Under the pieces are notes generated by a model. The model worked only from the letters and a program-made list of their open reading frames with translations, made no database searches and was not told the origin of the DNA. The translations under genes were made by a program, and so were the position numbers. A DNA stretch of 64,000 nt from Gammaproteobacteria bacterium (GTDB lineage Bacteria > Pseudomonadota > Gammaproteobacteria > Eutrophobiales > Eutrophobiaceae), in NCBI GenBank assembly GCA_965238225.1, contig OZ250183.1, positions 1,472,001 through 1,536,000 on the forward strand, in the 5' to 3' direction. This document shows, piece after piece, positions 56,499 through 64,000 of the stretch (position 1 is its first letter; each line of letters begins with the position of its first letter).

Positions 56499-58655
56499 TT
56501 AATCTAAATCTCTGGCAATCCTGATACCGACATGATCATAGCTTCTATTAGATTTTAACTTGTCTCTTTTCGCGCTTCTAATGGACTGCTGCGGAGAGCT
56601 ATATGACCCACCTCGCACAACTCTGTACGTGCAGTCACCTCCCTCCCAAATCTCATTATCCGATGGTGCGCCTATATAGTTCTCATGCCAACAGTCTTCC
56701 ACCCATTCTGAGGCATTGCCTGCCGTATCATAAAGCCCGAATTGATTCGCTTCAAACATTCCTGTTTTGGCTGGGCTACGTGGATCAAGCCCTGTTTCGC
56801 AATTAAAGCAGTGCGCTCTATTTGGCTCTTCCTCATAACCCCACCAAAACGGACTATTGTTGCCTGCTGAAGCTGCATACTCCCATTCACTTTCGCTCAA
56901 TAAACGATATTTGTTTCCAGTTTGTTCAGAAAGCCATTTTGTATAGTAGTAAGCATCATCCCATGTAACGTAGACAACAGGACGTACCTGTAGAGACGCG
57001 TTTATTTTATTGCCACTGCGCAATTTACGGTTTGTTGCATTAATAAATGCCTTATAATCATTAATGGTCACTTCATTTTTGCTTACAGCAAAAGATTTAA
57101 TACTAACATCGTGCCTAGGTCTTTCATTAAAATCCGCAAAACCGCCCATACTAAATGAGCCGGCTGGAACCACAACCATAAGCGGTGCTTTGCCACCGTT
57201 TTTTAATGTATCCTGAAATTCTTTTTTGTTGATTGATTTTGGATCAGGTTCAGATTTTATTTCTTCTACAGGGTCTATTTTAGTTTTAATAATAATTTTT
57301 TTATCTGCAACAGTTTCTTGTTTTTGTATCTTTTCATTGCTTGCATCATCATTGAACTTATCAATTACTTCAGAAACAATCTCTTTTTCGGCAATATTTT
57401 TTTTAAGCACTGGCTTCTCTTCAGATACTGGTTTTTCTTCCAAGACTGGTTCTTCTTCCAAAACCAGTGCTTCTTCAAACATTGGTTCCTCTTTATCTAT
57501 TTTTTCGGATTTCGAGGTGCCGAACATGAAATTAGCGCCAATAGCAACACCAATAAGTATGACTACACCTACTCCAATCATTAAGCCGACTTTATTTTTT
57601 TCTAGAATTCTATTGTCAACAATCTTATTGATAGTTTCTGCTGGGATAGAAGGTACTGCTTTTACGCTCTTTTTTTCTTGTGCGAACTCTCCTTCTTGGC
57701 TATTAGCATATCCTCCTATAGGCGCTAAAACAATTTCATCTACAATATCACCTTCTAATTCTGATTCAGTATTGACTGGCACTTCCGTTTTCTCCATCTC
57801 CTCATCTTCAGTATTTGGCGCTGTAATATCTTCATCATTTTCTGCTCTTGCTCCTGCTCCTGCTCCCGCTTCTGCTTCTGCTTTCGCTACAACAGTTTCA
57901 TCAATAATTTTTACGATAACGACAGTCGCATTATCCTGCCTTGGCGTTGCCATATCTTCAATGGCATTTAACAAAGCTTCGGCACATTCTTTAGGCATGT
58001 CTGACCAATCTGTGTATTGAATGATTTTCCCTGAGCTTAAGGTGTCCAAACCGTCAGAACAAATGATCAATTTATCATTATGCTCCAATGTGAATGGTGA
58101 CAGAGGGCAGTCGATTTCAGCGATATCTTCGCCAGTCACCGCGCTCATAAGCATATTTCTGGATAATCCAGGCTCAGACTCTATAGGAGTTCCAGCCGCT
58201 TCCATTCTGTCCAGAAAACCACCATAACTATGATCGTCATTTAATTTGGTTAATTTTCTGCCGCGGAGTAAATACAGATGACTGTCACCAACACTTACCC
58301 ACCAAAATTTTTTTCCTTCAATAATAGCGCCGACAACCGTACAACCCATACCATTGAGCGCAGGTGTTTCTCTTATCGTTTCTGCGATGGTGCTGTTGGC
58401 TTTTAATACACTTTGATTAAGTATTTCAGGAACTTCTTCTTTGGGATAGCCAAGGGAGATAGATTTACTGAATGCCTGCACAGCCATATTACTCGCAACA
58501 TTCCCAGCAGCATGACCGCCCATTCCGTCAGCAACAATTACTAAAGCACTGGGCGCACCATTGGCATCTGTAAGATGCGTGATTAAAAAAGCATCTTCTT
58601 GGTAATCACGCGCACCGTCGATTTGTGAGCCCGCTATTTCTGAGTGCACAGCCAT
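56499..58655 (-). CDS. PP2C Ser/Thr phosphatase - TM - FGE-sulfatase (SUMF1-like) fusion protein
   Basis: N-terminal RDYQED, VADGMGGH, VGDS, CSDG and DN motifs; a central TM; C-terminal FSMGG, ERPRH, RLLSESEWEYAA, GNASEW and RGGS motifs. Confidence 0.88.
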   Translation of the reverse strand: MAVHSEIAGSQIDGARDYQEDAFLITHLTDANGAPSALVIVADGMGGHAAGNVASNMAVQAFSKSISLGYPKEEVPEILNQSVLKANSTIAETIRETPALNGMGCTVVGAIIEGKKFWWVSVGDSHLYLLRGRKLTKLNDDHSYGGFLDRMEAAGTPIESEPGLSRNMLMSAVTGEDIAEIDCPLSPFTLEHNDKLIICSDGLDTLSSGKIIQYTDWSDMPKECAEALLNAIEDMATPRQDNATVVIVKIIDETVVAKAEAEAGAGAGARAENDEDITAPNTEDEEMEKTEVPVNTESELEGDIVDEIVLAPIGGYANSQEGEFAQEKKSVKAVPSIPAETINKIVDNRILEKNKVGLMIGVGVVILIGVAIGANFMFGTSKSEKIDKEEPMFEEALVLEEEPVLEEKPVSEEKPVLKKNIAEKEIVSEVIDKFNDDASNEKIQKQETVADKKIIIKTKIDPVEEIKSEPDPKSINKKEFQDTLKNGGKAPLMVVVPAGSFSMGGFADFNERPRHDVSIKSFAVSKNEVTINDYKAFINATNRKLRSGNKINASLQVRPVVYVTWDDAYYYTKWLSEQTGNKYRLLSESEWEYAASAGNNSPFWWGYEEEPNRAHCFNCETGLDPRSPAKTGMFEANQFGLYDTAGNASEWVEDCWHENYIGAPSDNEIWEGGDCTYRVVRGGSYSSPQQSIRSAKRDKLKSNRSYDHVGIRIARDLD
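57409..57498. repeat. Five degenerate 18 bp tandem units encoding EE(K/E)PVL-type repeats
   Basis: ACTGGCTTCTCTTCAGAT / ACTGGTTTTTCTTCCAAG / ACTGGTTCTTCTTCCAAA / ACCAGTGCTTCTTCAAAC / ATTGGTTCCTC... Confidence 0.75.
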
Positions 58656-58744
58656 TAATATCTAATTTAATTTATCCAGTTTCAAAAATCAGTTTTCATG
58701 AAAATCAACAATTGGAAAATCAGCAATTGTATGATTCTGTCACC

Positions 58745-58832
58745 ATAAGTCCCGGAACCCAGTCAAACGCGGGATGTCCCGGTACAGCGACGCCTAAGGT
58801 TCTCGGCATCCTACCAGCGATTGCGGCTTTTA
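58745..58832 (+). ncRNA. Structured RNA resembling proteobacterial sX9
   Basis: GC-rich patch with CAGCGACGCC-TAAGGTTCTCG...ACCAGCGATTGCGGCTTT; the family assignment is from recall only. Confidence 0.4.
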
Positions 58833-59291
58833 CAAAATAAATTCATTGGTTCTCTAGATAAAAATCTATTAATAATTTTGACACTTATAGTAATCGAACT
58901 TAATGAAAAATATGAAGGTGAAAATTACAAATCAGCCTGTATCAAGAGATATATATCAAGACAAACAGGCAAGAATTATGGATAAACTGGCATAAGATGT
59001 ATGATGCGTTACAAAAAGAACTGGCGTAAAATTTTCTGTGAGACACAGGAATTAACACCTAAACATACCGAGTAGATGCAATATGTCTTGCTAATACAAA
59101 ATTTAATCGCCTCTGTTGCAGAGGCTAAAAAAATTATACCACCTGAATGATTCGCAAGTTCCATATCGTGCTTTATACATAAAAAATTACAATAAACCAG
59201 TAACAGCTTTAATTGTTGAGTATATTACTGACTCGCCAATCGTAAAACATATGTTAGTATGGATTAAGGAAATTTATTGAGACAAAATTTA

Positions 59292-59921
59292 ATGAGTGAT
59301 GCACTAAATTATTTGTTAAAGGTAAGGCAAGATGCTATGAGATCCTATTTTGATTTCATCAAAAAATCAAGGTCATCGCTCGATCCAAAAACGAGTGCAA
59401 TTATTTCAGTCATTACTAAAGTTGATAAGCAAACAAAAACAGGATTTTGTCAATATCTAAGGCATGCATTGCAAACAGGTGTCACGGCTGATGAAATTAT
59501 TGATGCCTTGTTTGCAGCCTTCCCTACCTTGGGGTTGACCAAGATCGTCTGGGCAATAGATATCATCCTTGCAATGGAGATACCAGAGTTTAACCCGGAA
59601 TCATTAGGGCAAAACAAAATATGGTATGACGTGACAGTCATAGATGCGCTGAAAGAAGGTGGAGTTACTTATATAGCAGGTAAGCGCAGAAGTTTTTTTA
59701 TTTATTATGAAAATGAAATAGCGAAGGTTTTTGATAGCCATTGCCCCCACCAGGCAACTAATATTCCTAAGCTGGCTCTGAAGGGTTGCATGCTTACTTG
59801 CCCAAAACATCAGTGGAAATTTAATATGAAAACTGGCGAATGTGTTGAAAAAGGCAATCATTCTCTCAATCGGCTTGAAAGTAGAATAGTAGAAAATCGG
59901 CTTGAGGTTTATTGCTTGTGA
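59292..59921 (+). CDS. CMD/AhpD-like - Rieske [2Fe-2S] fusion protein
   Basis: N-terminal LDPKT..IISV...AL..G.T.DEI.DA; Rieske ligands CPH and CPKH. Confidence 0.8.
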   Translation: MSDALNYLLKVRQDAMRSYFDFIKKSRSSLDPKTSAIISVITKVDKQTKTGFCQYLRHALQTGVTADEIIDALFAAFPTLGLTKIVWAIDIILAMEIPEFNPESLGQNKIWYDVTVIDALKEGGVTYIAGKRRSFFIYYENEIAKVFDSHCPHQATNIPKLALKGCMLTCPKHQWKFNMKTGECVEKGNHSLNRLESRIVENRLEVYCL

Positions 59922-59993
59922 TACTCTATGTCTATAAGAAATTTATGAAAATAATTCGGAAGGCATTCAACAAAATTTTCTCAATTTTTGTTA

Positions 59994-60395
59994 TGGTGTC
60001 TGCTTCTCGTGAATAGTGTAGCAGTTGCTTTTGGCACTATTCAAACAGTCTGGAACAAGCAGACAAGAACCAACAAATTCCAAATCTAGCGGGTAATTGG
60101 ATCGGTCAGTTAATGTTACATTGTCTGATCTGAAAGACTATAAAATCCGGGGTAACAAGGTTAGTGCATATCACAGAATAAAAAAGATCGATGATTCCGA
60201 GGGATTTTTACGTACCCAGATGGCACAAAAAATTTCTCTGGCATAATCTATCCGGACAATATTTCTTTTACATGGGTGTCTACTAATAGTCGCGGCTTTA
60301 ATCATAGCCGCATCTTAGGTAAGAATAAAATCAGTGCCTGTTATGTTGAGGCTTGGGAACAGGTAACAGTGGAATGTGCGACACTAATGCGTTAA
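59994..60395 (+). pseudogene. Frameshifted hypothetical secreted protein
   Basis: Fragments IPNLAGNWIG, FRGIFTYPDG and GIIYPDNISFTWV...ISACYVEAWEQ...CATLMR* in shifting frames. Confidence 0.5.
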
Positions 60396-60716
60396 AGAAT
60401 TTTACCAAATAAAAAATTAAATCACCGACAGATTTTCTTAAAAGAATACTTGTAAAAAGTATTCAATAGTTTTCACTTTTAGTAATTTTTTTATGTTTCA
60501 TTGATATAACTAAATTTTGACATGGATATTAATCTCACTAAATAAAAACTTGGCATTAAATAAGAAATCAATGGCTTAGTAGGTGGATAACATACTTACA
60601 TGGCAATTTACCAAGCTTATTGCTAATTGCGGTAATAACCTGTGATGACTCGGCGATCAATTTTTTATCTGACATTGAATGGTCAGCCATAGAATATATA
60701 GACGATGATATCTTGG

Positions 60717-62012
60717 TTACATATTTGAAATCAGTTTGTCAGAAAATTCACTGCATTTAACTTCTGTTGCATTATCCGTCAGTCTGGCAAAGTCATAGGT
60801 AACAGTTTTTTGTTTGATTGTTATGTCCATGGCATTAATGATGAGATCAGCAGCATCTGCCCAACCCAAATAACGCAACATCATTTCACCTGATAAAATT
60901 AATGAACTAGGATTTGCCTTATCAAGATTTGCATATTTTGGTGCTGTACCATGGGTAGCCTCGAATATCGCATGCCCCGTGTCATAGTTAATATTGCCAC
61001 CCGGCGCAATACCAATTCCACCAACCTGTGCAGCTAGAGCGTCTGAAAGATAGTCACCATTCAAATTCATTGTTGCAATGACATCAAAACTCTCTGGTCG
61101 TGTAAGTACCTGCTGTAATGTAATGTCGGCAATGGCATCTTTGATAAGAATTTTTCCAGCGCCCAATGCTTGTTCTTGTTCTTCGTTTGCAGCAGCTTGC
61201 CCTTTTTCTGCCTGAGTACGTTCCCATTGATCCCATGTATACGTGTGATCACTAAATTCTGATTCAGCAAATTGGTAACCCCAGTTTCTGAAAGCACCTT
61301 CAGTAAATTTCATAATGTTGCCTTTATGCACCAAAGTAACACTTTTTCTTTTATTAGTGATTGCATACTGAATCGCTGCCTTGATCAATCTTTCGGTGCC
61401 ATCTTTTGAAATTGGCTTGATACCTATTCCGGATGATTCTGGAAAACGAATCTTCTGATATTGATTTGGAAATGATTCTTTAAATAATTCCAGAAAACGG
61501 TTATTTTCATCAGAACCACATTCAAACTCAATGCCAGCATATATATCCTCAGTATTTTCCCTGAATATCACCATATCAACCAATTCAGGTTGTTTAATAG
61601 GGGAAGGCACGCCAGAGTACCAGCGTACGGGCCTAAGACAAACATAAAGATCCAAGATTTGTCTGAGCGCAACATTAAGGGAACGGATACCGCCGCCAAT
61701 CGGCGTCGTCAATGGACCTTTGATAGCAACCAAATATTCCCTGCAAGCAGCAAGTGTTTCATCAGGCAGCCAACTGCCACACAACTGGTTGCCTTTCTCT
61801 CCGGCATAAACTTCTACCCAATGAATCTTACGAGCCCCTTGTGAGGATTTTTCTACAGCCGCATCCAGAACCCTAACCGTCGCTGCCCAGACATCTGAAC
61901 CGATGCCATCACCCTCAATAAAAGGGATAATTGGATTATCAGGCACTTCTAACTTGTTATTTTTATTAGTTATTTTTGTTCCATCATCTGGAATTTTTAT
62001 ATTGGTCTCCAA
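60717..62012 (-). CDS. icd: NADP-dependent isocitrate dehydrogenase
   Basis: [37 protein letters not shown] and [10 protein letters not shown] motifs. Confidence 0.97.
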   Translation of the reverse strand: METNIKIPDDGTKITNKNNKLEVPDNPIIPFIEGDGIGSDVWAATVRVLDAAVEKSSQGARKIHWVEVYAGEKGNQLCGSWLPDETLAACREYLVAIKGPLTTPIGGGIRSLNVALRQILDLYVCLRPVRWYSGVPSPIKQPELVDMVIFRENTEDIYAGIEFECGSDENNRFLELFKESFPNQYQKIRFPESSGIGIKPISKDGTERLIKAAIQYAITNKRKSVTLVHKGNIMKFTEGAFRNWGYQFAESEFSDHTYTWDQWERTQAEKGQAAANEEQEQALGAGKILIKDAIADITLQQVLTRPESFDVIATMNLNGDYLSDALAAQVGGIGIAPGGNINYDTGHAIFEATHGTAPKYANLDKANPSSLILSGEMMLRYLGWADAADLIINAMDITIKQKTVTYDFARLTDNATEVKCSEFSDKLISNM

Positions 62013-62315
62013 AACTAATTCCTCATCTTGTTAATTTACTCTAAAGTGTTCCACAATCATCAATTGAATGCCACTTGGACTTGGTCGGTTATTTGCACAA
62101 AACTTTAAAGCGCCCTTATATAGAGTCTATCTCAGATAGAGGCAAATCTCTAAACAGTGGCACATCGAGCAAGACTTAGCCTAGTATTGATATTGAAACA
62201 TTGAACATTAGAACATCCATATAAAGTATGAGCACAATAAAGATCAATTGATAGTGAACGCTCCCAATTGATTTTTAGATTTTAAGAAAATAAAAAATAA
62301 TGATTTTTTACAAAA

Positions 62316-62768
62316 ATGTCCTCTAGTAAATTTTTTATCATCTGCTTCTTTATATTCTGTGCAAATGCTGCACATGCAGAGATTTATGAGTGGACTAATG
62401 AAAATGGGCAAACAATCTATGGCGATAAACCAATATCAAGCAATGCCAATAAAATTGAAATAAGAAAAATTTCTAAAAATAATTCAGCAGTACAGGAAGC
62501 ACAAAAACGCAATGCAAAACAAATAAAACTACTAAATGTAATGCAACAAGAACGTGATGAAAGAGAGGCTCTGAGAAAGAAAGAAAAGGAAAAGAGAGAT
62601 GAACAAAAAAAATTATGTGCAGATGCAAGAAAAAAGCTAAAAAAAATTGAAGAAGGCAGATTTCTGTACCGAGACAAGGATGATCAGGATAACCCCATAA
62701 TCTTAACTGATGAAGAACGCACAACCGAAGAAGTTACAGTTAAAAATTACATAAAAGAAAATTGTTAG
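62316..62768 (+). CDS. DUF4124-like secreted protein
   Basis: Signal peptide, IYEWTNENG...YGDKP, coiled coil and two Cys. Confidence 0.8.
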   Translation: MSSSKFFIICFFIFCANAAHAEIYEWTNENGQTIYGDKPISSNANKIEIRKISKNNSAVQEAQKRNAKQIKLLNVMQQERDEREALRKKEKEKRDEQKKLCADARKKLKKIEEGRFLYRDKDDQDNPIILTDEERTTEEVTVKNYIKENC

Positions 62769-62914
62769 AGATTTGTCTAGCACATTTTTATCATGCAATT
62801 GATTTATCAGTTATAATTTCCTTAATCAGTCGCTTGTGAATTACCCAAAAGACTGCTTAATTATTTAATTTTCCTGAGACAATTTTCCTGAGACTGGTTA
62901 GTATCTATAGCAAG

Positions 62915-64000
62915 ATGAGCGAAGAAATTCTGATAAATGTTACACCTCAGGAAGCACGGGTTGCCGTAGTAGAAAATGGCATCTTACAGGAAATCTACAT
63001 TGAAAGATCTCAGAAACTTGGTTTGGTTGGAAATATTTTCAAAGGCAATGTCTTACGCGTCCTCCCTAGTATACAGGCAGCATTTATAGATATAGGGCTT
63101 GAGCGAACCGGCTTTTTACATATTTCAGATATCGTTACTAAGACCGATATTTCAGAAGCATCTGAACATGAACCAAATAAACAAAAAACGATCGAAACAT
63201 TACTTCGTGAAGGTCAGGAAATTATGGTTCAGATTATCAAAGAGCCTTTAGGCAGCAAAGGCACTCGCCTGACTACCCGACTGTCCATTCCGTCAAGATA
63301 TCTTATTTTTACCCCAGATCACAAGCACATAGGAATATCTCAACGTATTGAGAATGAAACAGAGCGTAATCGCTTATACAGCTTGATACTAAGTTATCAC
63401 GCTGAAAATACTGCGATCGCAATAAATAACAATTCGAATATCACACCAATAAACACCATCAGTAAGCAGGCTCAATTAAATAAAGGTGGCTTCATTGTCA
63501 GAACATCTGCCGAAGGAGTCGCAAACGATGAAATTTTTCGAGATATTAAATTCCTGTATAAATTATGGGGCTCAGTCGTTGTACGCTCGAAAAACACCCA
63601 CCCACCCAGTCTTGTCTATAAAGACCTGCCTTTGGTTATGCGCACAATGAGGGATTTAGTTCATAAAAATATTGAAAGAATCCGCATTGATTCGAAAGAA
63701 ACCCACAAAAGAGTCATGGAATTTTCGAAAAAATTTATTCCTGAATTTTTAAGCAAAATTGAGTATTACAAAACAGAACATCCAATCTTGGATCTCTATT
63801 CTATTGAAGATGAAATCCAGAAGGCACTAGAAAAAAAAGTACAATTAAAATCTGGCGGCTACATTGTTATTGACCAAACAGAAGCAATGACCACAGTTGA
63901 TGTAAACACTGGTGCCTTTGTTGGCAAAAATAATTCGGAAGAAACTATCTACAAAACAAATCTTGAAGCAGTGCAAACAATTTCCAGACAACTCAGATTA
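62915..64000 (+). CDS. rng: Ribonuclease G (partial; runs off the window)
   Basis: MSEEILINVTPQEARVAVVENG, GNIFKG.V.RVLP, LKSGGY.VIDQTEAMTTVDVNTG; absent from the ORF track because there is no stop codon. Confidence 0.95.
   Translation, partial: MSEEILINVTPQEARVAVVENGILQEIYIERSQKLGLVGNIFKGNVLRVLPSIQAAFIDIGLERTGFLHISDIVTKTDISEASEHEPNKQKTIETLLREGQEIMVQIIKEPLGSKGTRLTTRLSIPSRYLIFTPDHKHIGISQRIENETERNRLYSLILSYHAENTAIAINNNSNITPINTISKQAQLNKGGFIVRTSAEGVANDEIFRDIKFLYKLWGSVVVRSKNTHPPSLVYKDLPLVMRTMRDLVHKNIERIRIDSKETHKRVMEFSKKFIPEFLSKIEYYKTEHPILDLYSIEDEIQKALEKKVQLKSGGYIVIDQTEAMTTVDVNTGAFVGKNNSEETIYKTNLEAVQTISRQLRL

Noticed and set aside
56499-57200. FGE-sulfatase domain as a diversity-generating retroelement target
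   Set aside because: No reverse transcriptase and no template repeat matching the C-terminal region in the window.
57226-58020. 264 aa Ser-rich plus-strand ORF
   Set aside because: Antisense shadow of the Glu/Lys-rich linker of the PP2C-FGE gene.

Overview
This 64 kb window comes from an AT-rich gammaproteobacterial chromosome that shows clear genome erosion: housekeeping genes are intact, while many accessory genes carry single-base indels or deletions. The left 25 kb is accessory. It holds the end of a more GC-rich surface-polysaccharide locus (bacillosamine-type transferase, acetyltransferase and aminotransferase), an RTX remnant abutting tRNA-Ser(GGA), an arsenosugar-type cluster (arsS plus two transferases) and a decaying three-gene module ending in a HEPN gene. 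Next is tRNA-Arg(CCT) with a 3.4 kb integrase-less island (NagK plus a sugar permease) bounded by a 43 bp duplication of the tRNA 3' end. After that come a complete 2-aminoethylphosphonate biosynthesis operon and an adjacent dxs / hopanoid cluster (hpnH, hpnB relic, hpnM, vacJ). The remainder is mostly core: rpsF-rpsR-DUF2232-rplI-dnaB (with an Ala1/WCT class 3 intein in the Walker A loop)-alr-radA, pyrG-kdsA-eno-ftsB-ispDF, ilvD, clpSA, yaaA, csp, argC-DUF6776-bactofilin-erpA-anmK-M23 pseudogene-tyrS, ampG, icd and a partial rng. It is interrupted by a TIR gene with integron-cassette-like borders, a PP2C-TM-FGE-sulfatase fusion, an sX9-like RNA and a CMD-Rieske fusion. Family names come from motif recognition only; no searches were run.
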